Below are positions 6,810 to 12,445 of a stretch of DNA of 12,445 bases, in pieces (the stretch's first letter is position 1; every line of letters begins with the position of its first letter). Under the pieces are notes generated by a model that was given only the letters and a program-made list of their open reading frames with translations, made no database searches and was not told the origin of the DNA. The stretch is from Candidatus Micrarchaeia archaeon (GTDB taxonomy: Archaea > Micrarchaeota > Micrarchaeia > Burarchaeales > JAVZCV01). The DNA is taken from assembly GCA_038874215.1 (NCBI GenBank), contig JAVZCV010000028.1, positions 1 through 12,445 on the forward strand, given 5' to 3'. Position numbers and translations under genes: made by a program.

Positions 6810-8189
6810 ATGGGCTGCGAAATAAGGGAAAAGTGTGGCGTTTTCGGAATATTCTCAAAAGACCAGCTCGTCTCACAGTACATATACCATGGGCTGATGG
6901 CACTCCAACACAGGGGGCAGGAGTCTGCGGGGATAGCTGTTTTTGATGGAAAAGAAATACGCGTTCACAAAGGAATGGGGCTTGTATCTTCTGTTTTCGG
7001 TGCTCAGGAGCTTCAATATCTTTACGGGCACGTGGGCATAGGACACACACGGTATTCCACAACTGGCGCATCAGACATACAGAATGCGCAGCCATTCGTT
7101 TTCAGGGGACCGAAAATCGGCATGGCCGTCGCACTAAACGGCAACATACTAAACTACCCCGAGCTGAAAGAGGAGCTTGAAAAGAAGGGGCACATATTCA
7201 CGACAACAACGGACACAGAGGTGATAGCCCATCTTCTTGCGAGGGAGACAAAAAGCGACTACTTTAGCGCATTCAAAAAAATCATGAAGAAGCTTGATGG
7301 TTCTTATTCTCTCGTTGTTCTGACAGATAAAGGGGAGATAATAGCTGCGCGAGACCCTAAGGGCTTCAAGCCCCTTTGCATCGGAAAGACGAACTCGCTT
7401 TCAGCAGTCGCCTCCGAATCATCTGCGCTTGATGCGCTTGACATACCTTTCTTGCGGGAGATAAAGCCAGGCGAGGTCGTGATACTGAAAGAGAAAATAA
7501 GGGCGAAAAGGCTGGTAAGGGAAAAGGCATATGCCCACTGCATGTTTGAGTTTGTCTATTTCGCAAGGCCAGATACAATTTTTGAGGGGAAAACCCCCCT
7601 TCTCGTTAGGGAGGAGCTTGGGAGGACGCTTGCAAGGCTTTACAAGGTGAAAGGAGATGTGGTAGTTCCAATACCAGACTCAGGCAGGTCCGCTGCAATA
7701 GGCTTTTCAGAGGAGAGCGGCATACCGCTTTCCGAAGGCCTGATTAAGAACAGATACATATGGAGAACTTTCATAATGCCCTACCAAAAGAACAGGGAGA
7801 GTTCTGTTAAGCTAAAGCTCAACCCCGTTAAGGCTGTTCTGAAGGGCAAGGAGGTCGTTGTTATTGACGATAGCATAGTGCGTGGAACAACGATGAAGAA
7901 AATAGCGAAACTTCTCCGCGATGCGGGCGCAAAGAAAATCCACCTTCTAATAACATGCCCGCCTATAATAGCGCCGTGCTACATGGGCATAGACTTCCCT
8001 TCATACGAGGAGCTGATTGCGTCTGGTAAGACAATAGAGGAAATACGGAAAACAATCGGGGTTGATACTCTTAACTATATGACTATAGAAGGGCTTGTTA
8101 AGTCCATAGGAATTGACAGAAAAAACCTTTGCATGGCATGCCTTACGGGCGAATATCCAACGAGAAAAAAACCCGCGAGAGGTGATTGA
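6810..8189 (+). CDS. purF: Amidophosphoribosyltransferase (propeptide, [4Fe-4S]-type)
   Basis: Short propeptide MGCEIREK before the Ntn-nucleophile CGVFG; LQHRGQESAG; GHTRYSTTG; PRPP loop VVIDDSIVRGTT; Fe-S ligands CMFEFVYFARPD, CYMGID and CMAC. Confidence 0.97.
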   Translation: MGCEIREKCGVFGIFSKDQLVSQYIYHGLMALQHRGQESAGIAVFDGKEIRVHKGMGLVSSVFGAQELQYLYGHVGIGHTRYSTTGASDIQNAQPFVFRGPKIGMAVALNGNILNYPELKEELEKKGHIFTTTTDTEVIAHLLARETKSDYFSAFKKIMKKLDGSYSLVVLTDKGEIIAARDPKGFKPLCIGKTNSLSAVASESSALDALDIPFLREIKPGEVVILKEKIRAKRLVREKAYAHCMFEFVYFARPDTIFEGKTPLLVREELGRTLARLYKVKGDVVVPIPDSGRSAAIGFSEESGIPLSEGLIKNRYIWRTFIMPYQKNRESSVKLKLNPVKAVLKGKEVVVIDDSIVRGTTMKKIAKLLRDAGAKKIHLLITCPPIIAPCYMGIDFPSYEELIASGKTIEEIRKTIGVDTLNYMTIEGLVKSIGIDRKNLCMACLTGEYPTRKKPARGD

Positions 8190-9497
8190 TTGCGCGTTTT
8201 GCTTGTGGGAAACGGTGCGCGCGAACATGCAATCGGGCTCGCCGCAAAGAACTCTGGCGCAGAGCTCTACGCATACATGACGAGCAAAAACCCAGGAATA
8301 GCGAGGCTTTGCAGCGACTTTGCGGTTGGGGAGGCAAAAGTTGAACCAATAGTTAGCTGGGCTCTCTCTAAGAAAATAGAGCTGTGCGTTGTCGGCCCAG
8401 AAGCATACCTTGAAATGGGCATATCGGATGCGATGTGGAAAAATGGAATAAAATGCGTTGGTCCTATAAAGGAGGCTGCACGAATTGAGTGGGATAAGGC
8501 TTTCGCGCGAAACCTTATGAAAAAGCACGGCATAAGCGGATGCCCGAAATTTGGCGTTTTTACAGATGTGAAGAAGGCATCAGATTTCATAGATTCTCTC
8601 GGCGATGTTGCAATAAAGCCAGCAGGGCTTACGGGAGGCAAAGGCGTTATGGTTACAGGGCAACAGCTGAAAAGCACAGAGGAAGCAAAAGAATATGCAG
8701 CCAAAGTCATAGAAGAAAACATTGGTGGTTTAAAGGCAGTTGTTGTAGAGGAGAAGCTCGTTGGTCAGGAGTTCACGCTTCAGGCGTTTGTTGATGGGAA
8801 TAGCGTTGTGCCGTGCCCATGCGTGCAGGACCACAAGCTTGCTTTTGAGGGAGATACAGGGCCAAATACGGGAGGAATGGGCTCATATTCAGACAAGGGC
8901 CTTCTCCCGTTCATGACCCCAGCCGATTACGAAGAAGCGATGAAGATAATGAAGGATACCGTGCAGGCGCTTAAACACGAGGGAATAATATACAAGGGCT
9001 TCCTTTATGGCCAGTTCATGATATGCCGAGACGGCGTTAAGCTGATTGAGTTCAACTCCCGTCTCGGAGACCCAGAAGCCATGAACGTCCTACCTATTCT
9101 AAAAACAAACTTCCTTGACATACTTAATGCAATCGCAGACGAGTATCTTAAAAACGCAGATTTTGAGAGCAAGGCGACCGTATGTAAATACCTCGTTCCC
9201 GAGGGATACCCCACAAACCCGAAGAAGAATGCGGAGATAACAGTTGATGAAGGGGCGATCGCAAAGAGAGCGATGCTTTTCTATGCATCGGTTGATGAGA
9301 GAGACGGGAAGATATACACGGGCAGTTCAAGGGCGATAGCCCTTCTCGGAATAGGCGATACGATAGAGGAAGCGGAGGCGAAGGCAGAGAGCGCAACGCA
9401 GTTCGTAAAAGGCCCGCTCTACCACAGGCGTGATGTTGGCACAAGGGAGCTGATACAGAAGCGCGTTGATATGATGCAAAAGATACGTGAGGGCTAA
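8190..9497 (+). CDS. purD: Phosphoribosylamine--glycine ligase, archaeal type
   Basis: VLLVGNGAREHAI, NPGI, VVGPEAYL, KPAGLTGGKGV, QDHK, GPNTGGMGS, EFNSRLGDPE, KYLVPEGYP and HRRDVGT. TTG start directly after the purF TGA with a strong GAGGTGA SD. Confidence 0.97.
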   Translation: MRVLLVGNGAREHAIGLAAKNSGAELYAYMTSKNPGIARLCSDFAVGEAKVEPIVSWALSKKIELCVVGPEAYLEMGISDAMWKNGIKCVGPIKEAARIEWDKAFARNLMKKHGISGCPKFGVFTDVKKASDFIDSLGDVAIKPAGLTGGKGVMVTGQQLKSTEEAKEYAAKVIEENIGGLKAVVVEEKLVGQEFTLQAFVDGNSVVPCPCVQDHKLAFEGDTGPNTGGMGSYSDKGLLPFMTPADYEEAMKIMKDTVQALKHEGIIYKGFLYGQFMICRDGVKLIEFNSRLGDPEAMNVLPILKTNFLDILNAIADEYLKNADFESKATVCKYLVPEGYPTNPKKNAEITVDEGAIAKRAMLFYASVDERDGKIYTGSSRAIALLGIGDTIEEAEAKAESATQFVKGPLYHRRDVGTRELIQKRVDMMQKIREG

Positions 9498-9501
9498 TCC
9501 C

Positions 9502-10494
9502 ATGGTGAGATATAGCGATGTCGGCATAGACATTGGGAGGGTAGGGGGGATACATAAAAGGATAAACAGGATGATAGCTAAAACGAAAAACAAATACTCC
9601 CTGCATGTTTTAGGCCATTACGCTGGCCTGCTCAAAATAGGAAACATAAATCTTGCAATCCATACCGATGGCGTTGGCACAAAAGTTCTCGTAGCGCAAC
9701 AGCTTGATAAATACGATACGATAGGAATAGACTGCGTTGCGATGAACGTGAACGACATCATATGCGTTGGAGCAGAGCCGATAGCCCTCGTTGATTACAT
9801 AGCGCTTGAGCGCGAGGACGCAGAGCTCGTAAGCGAAATAACGAAGGGATTGGTTAAAGGCGCAAGGGAAGCAGGCTCAGCCATTGTTGGCGGAGAAACC
9901 GCAATAATGGGGAATGTGATACGGGGAATTGAGGGAAAGACTGGTTTTGACTTGGCGGCGACGTGCGTCGGGATCGTTAGGAATATGATAATTGGAGACA
10001 AAATGCGTGCGGGCGATCTTGTAGTTGGTGTTGAGAGCTCGGGGATACACTCAAACGGCCTCACGCTTGCGAGAAAAGTCCTTCCGCAGGAGAGGTGGCA
10101 TGAGCTCCTGAAGCCTACGCGGATATACGTGAAGCCCGCTCTTGATGTGTGCAATAGCGTGGAAGTGCATGGGCTTGCGCACATAACGGGGGGTGCATTC
10201 TCAAAGATGAGGAGAATAGGGGAAAAGGCGGGCATGCGCTTTATTCTTGATGGCATGCCAAAGCAACAGAAAATTTTTGAAGATATTGCAGAAAGGGCGG
10301 ACTTAGGCGATTATGAGATGTACAGGACTTTCAACATGGGCGTTGGCTTCTGCATAATATGCGGTAAAAAAGACGCAGAAGAGGTAATTGGCATACTCAA
10401 AAAATACAGAATGCGCTCGTGGATTATCGGGCATGCCGAAAAAGGAAGGGGAGTATGCCTCGTAAAGGAAGGAAAGAAATACGAGCTCGCTTAA
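9502..10494 (+). CDS. purM: Phosphoribosylformylglycinamidine cyclo-ligase (AIR synthetase)
   Basis: YSDVGIDI, TDGVGTK, IGIDCVAMNVND, GGETA, SSGIHSNG, PTRIY, AHITGG and MYRTFNMGVG. ATG 9502 with GAGGG SD preferred over GTG 9487. Confidence 0.97.
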   Translation: MVRYSDVGIDIGRVGGIHKRINRMIAKTKNKYSLHVLGHYAGLLKIGNINLAIHTDGVGTKVLVAQQLDKYDTIGIDCVAMNVNDIICVGAEPIALVDYIALEREDAELVSEITKGLVKGAREAGSAIVGGETAIMGNVIRGIEGKTGFDLAATCVGIVRNMIIGDKMRAGDLVVGVESSGIHSNGLTLARKVLPQERWHELLKPTRIYVKPALDVCNSVEVHGLAHITGGAFSKMRRIGEKAGMRFILDGMPKQQKIFEDIAERADLGDYEMYRTFNMGVGFCIICGKKDAEEVIGILKKYRMRSWIIGHAEKGRGVCLVKEGKKYELA

Positions 10495-11318
10495 CCAGCC
10501 AAAATTCCGTAAAGCATTATTAAAACAACGAGAATTATCAAAGGAACCGCCCAGCATGCTATCGCCCTTATACTATCAAACCCGTGGACGCCAACGAGTA
10601 TCTTCGTGTATGTTCTAACAACGAAGTATAGCAGAAATAGGTTAAATACGAATGCAATGTAAAAACCATAAGGCACGAAGAGCAGGATTATCCTAAAAAC
10701 TTCAAATACCAGCGAGAGTATGGCAAAACCGGGCAGAATTGTGGATGATGCGAAAAGATGGTGCAGATACCTCCCCTTTCCTTTCAGAATCCTCGCCACG
10801 ATGTATGTTGCAGCCGAAGCGAAAGCGACAAAGACTGCAAAATTTATGAAAAGCAGGATTGCAACAATTGCAAGGGCGGGCGTCATCTCTGGCATAAAGC
10901 GATTTAAATCTGGATAGAAGAAGTATGCCACAACCATATAGATGGCCATCGTCAGGAGAAAAATAATGGTGAATGCAGCGATGTTTATCGCATAATTTGT
11001 ATACGAGCTGATTTCCTTCAAGTGCTTCGCTGTTTCAACGGGCTTAATGTAGCACATCAGCCATGAGCGCACGAGCTCAACCTCAGTCCGCTTATGTTTC
11101 TCCTCTCCCCGCTCCTCCCTTTCCTTCCTTTTCCGCTTTTTCACACTTTGTGCTTCTTTTCTTTCAATCTCTGAAAAGCACTGGTTGCAGAATGCGACTG
11201 ATTGCCCAGATGCGCTTTCAGTTTTTTTGCCGCAGTTTGCGCAAACTTCTTTTCCGCATCTCAGGCATTTTCCAATAACCTCACTACTCTCGTGCGTATG
11301 CCCGCTATTTCCTTCCAT
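10491..11318 (-). CDS. Membrane protein with N-terminal B-box-like zinc finger and C-terminal Yip1-like five-helix domain
   Basis: HTH...CLRC...CANC...CNQC, then a charged linker KKRKRKEREERGEEKHKR, a P.ET motif, about 5 hydrophobic segments, ARILKGKGRY and VHGFDSIRA, which resemble Yip1-domain signatures. Confidence 0.72.
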   Translation of the reverse strand: MEGNSGHTHESSEVIGKCLRCGKEVCANCGKKTESASGQSVAFCNQCFSEIERKEAQSVKKRKRKEREERGEEKHKRTEVELVRSWLMCYIKPVETAKHLKEISSYTNYAINIAAFTIIFLLTMAIYMVVAYFFYPDLNRFMPEMTPALAIVAILLFINFAVFVAFASAATYIVARILKGKGRYLHHLFASSTILPGFAILSLVFEVFRIILLFVPYGFYIAFVFNLFLLYFVVRTYTKILVGVHGFDSIRAIACWAVPLIILVVLIMLYGILAG

Positions 11319-11334
11319 GAAGTTAATGCACCAC

Positions 11335-11348
11335 TAATTTTAATATTG
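11335..11348. promoter_or_regulatory. AT-rich TATA-like element centred between the divergent Yip1-like and amrS genes
   Basis: TTTTAATA at 11338-11345 is equidistant from ATG 11365 (+) and ATG 11318 (-) in a 46-bp intergenic gap. Confidence 0.4.
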
Positions 11349-11364
11349 GTTGAGAAATAGGCGC

Positions 11365-12363
11365 ATGCAGGAAGCATGGCTTTACGAGAAAATGGAGGGA
11401 GGCAGGGTTAGGTGTGCGCTCTGCAACAGGCGGTGCGTTATAGCAGATGGCAAGCGCGGGTTCTGCGGGGTGCGGGAAAACAGGGGCGGCACCCTTTTCT
11501 CCCTCGTATATGGGAAGGCTTGCTCATATGCTGTTGACAAGATAGAGAAGAAGCCCTTCTACCACTTCATGCCAGGCACGGACTCATTCTCAATCGCAAC
11601 AGTTGGATGCAATTTTAGGTGCGAGCACTGCCAGAACTGGGAGATATCACAGACTGGCGAAATATACGGGCGGGAACTTCCGCCAGAGCGTGTTGTCGAG
11701 CTTGCGAAGGGTGCAGACGGAATAGCATACACATACACAGAGCCAACAGTATTCTTTGAGTATGCGATTGACACGGCAAAATTGGCAAGGAAAAAGGGCT
11801 TTTACAACGTATTCGTAACCAACGGCTATATGACGTCAGAGGCAATAGATATGATGGGGCCGATAGATGCGAGCAGGATAGACCTTAAAGCTTTCAACGA
11901 AAAATTTTACAGAGAAGTTTGCGGCGGGGCAAGCCTTGAGCATGTTTTAAACTCAATAAGGCTTCTCCGTGGGAGGCAGCACATAGAAATAATCGTCCTG
12001 CTAATACCAACAAAAAACGACTCGCCAGAAGAAATTGCACAGCTTTCAAAATGGGTTGCCGACTTGGATAAAAACATCCCCGTGCATTTTACTGCCTACT
12101 ACCCTGCAAACAGGATGCAGATACCGCCAACGAGCGTTAAAACGCTTGAAATGGCCCGCAGAATCGCTTTTGAGCAGGGCGTTCGTTATGCGTATACGGG
12201 AAACGTTCCTGGGCATGAGGGCGAAAACACATACTGCCACAACTGCGGCGAGCTCCTAATAAGGCGCATCGGCTTCAATATCTCTGAATACAAAATTAAA
12301 AACGGCAGGTGCCCGAACTGTTGCACTGAAATACCCGTAATTGAAAAACTGGAAAGGCGATGA
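11365..12363 (+). CDS. amrS: AmmeMemoRadiSam system radical SAM enzyme (PFL-activase-like)
   Basis: N-terminal EAWLYEK...VRCALCNRRC...GFCGVREN; D.IEKKPFYHF; radical SAM motif CNFRCEHC followed by QNWEISQ; AYTYTEP; VTNGY; DLKAF; C-terminal NTYCHNC and CPNC. ATG 11365 preferred over TTG 11350. Confidence 0.92.
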   Translation: MQEAWLYEKMEGGRVRCALCNRRCVIADGKRGFCGVRENRGGTLFSLVYGKACSYAVDKIEKKPFYHFMPGTDSFSIATVGCNFRCEHCQNWEISQTGEIYGRELPPERVVELAKGADGIAYTYTEPTVFFEYAIDTAKLARKKGFYNVFVTNGYMTSEAIDMMGPIDASRIDLKAFNEKFYREVCGGASLEHVLNSIRLLRGRQHIEIIVLLIPTKNDSPEEIAQLSKWVADLDKNIPVHFTAYYPANRMQIPPTSVKTLEMARRIAFEQGVRYAYTGNVPGHEGENTYCHNCGELLIRRIGFNISEYKIKNGRCPNCCTEIPVIEKLERR

Positions 12364-12445
12364 GCATGGACTTGGTAAAAAAAGCGGAGAGGATGGGCGC
12401 AGACAGCGCCGAGGTATTTTTCATTGAGGAGAAAGAATACAGTTT
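12360..12445 (+). CDS. 5' fragment of a probable TldD/PmbA-family metalloprotease subunit
   Basis: ATG overlaps the amrS stop (ATGA, 12360-12363). Translation MSMDLVKKAERMGADSAEVFFIEEKEYS resembles the family N-terminus (A...GAD.AEV(F/Y)). Only 28 codons are visible. Confidence 0.6.
   Translation, partial: MSMDLVKKAERMGADSAEVFFIEEKEYS

Noticed and set aside
3112-10557. Numerous 60-175 aa minus-strand and off-frame ORFs across the pur operon
   Set aside because: They overlap conserved pur genes and have Ser/Pro/Phe/Ile-rich compositions expected from the reverse complement of purine-rich codons.
11095-11165. Pyrimidine-rich tract resembling an archaeal terminator or low-complexity repeat
   Set aside because: It is the reverse complement of the Lys/Arg/Glu-rich linker codons of the Yip1-like gene.
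11365-12363. Pyruvate formate-lyase activase (pflA) call
   Set aside because: The extra N- and C-terminal Cys clusters and the IEKKP.YHF motif fit the AmmeMemoRadiSam family, and no glycyl-radical enzyme is adjacent.
1-12445. CRISPR arrays, tRNA/rRNA genes, transposases, inteins or defence systems
   Set aside because: No regularly spaced repeats, no intergenic space large enough for RNA genes, and no such motifs or large insertions in the proteins.

Overview
A gene-dense prokaryotic window that looks archaeal: TATA-like boxes, GGTG-type ribosome-binding sites, a C-terminal PCNA-binding PIP box, archaeal-type PurD and heavy AGA/AGG/ATA codon use. Its core is a tightly coupled early de novo purine operon, purL-purQ-(tandem purS)-purF-purD-purM, covering PRPP to AIR but lacking a GAR transformylase and all post-AIR genes. 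Left of it are a partial hypothetical gene missed by the ORF track, an endonuclease Q-family PHP nuclease, a membrane-anchored beta-helix protein and a stand-alone CBS-pair protein divergent from purL. Right of it are a zinc-finger/Yip1-like membrane protein, an AmmeMemoRadiSam radical SAM enzyme and the 5' end of a translationally coupled TldD/PmbA-like gene. The most unusual item is a 175-aa single-chain double PurS, next to a PurL and PurQ with non-canonical motifs. No RNA genes, CRISPR arrays or mobile elements were recognised. All family calls come from motif recognition by eye; no searches were run.
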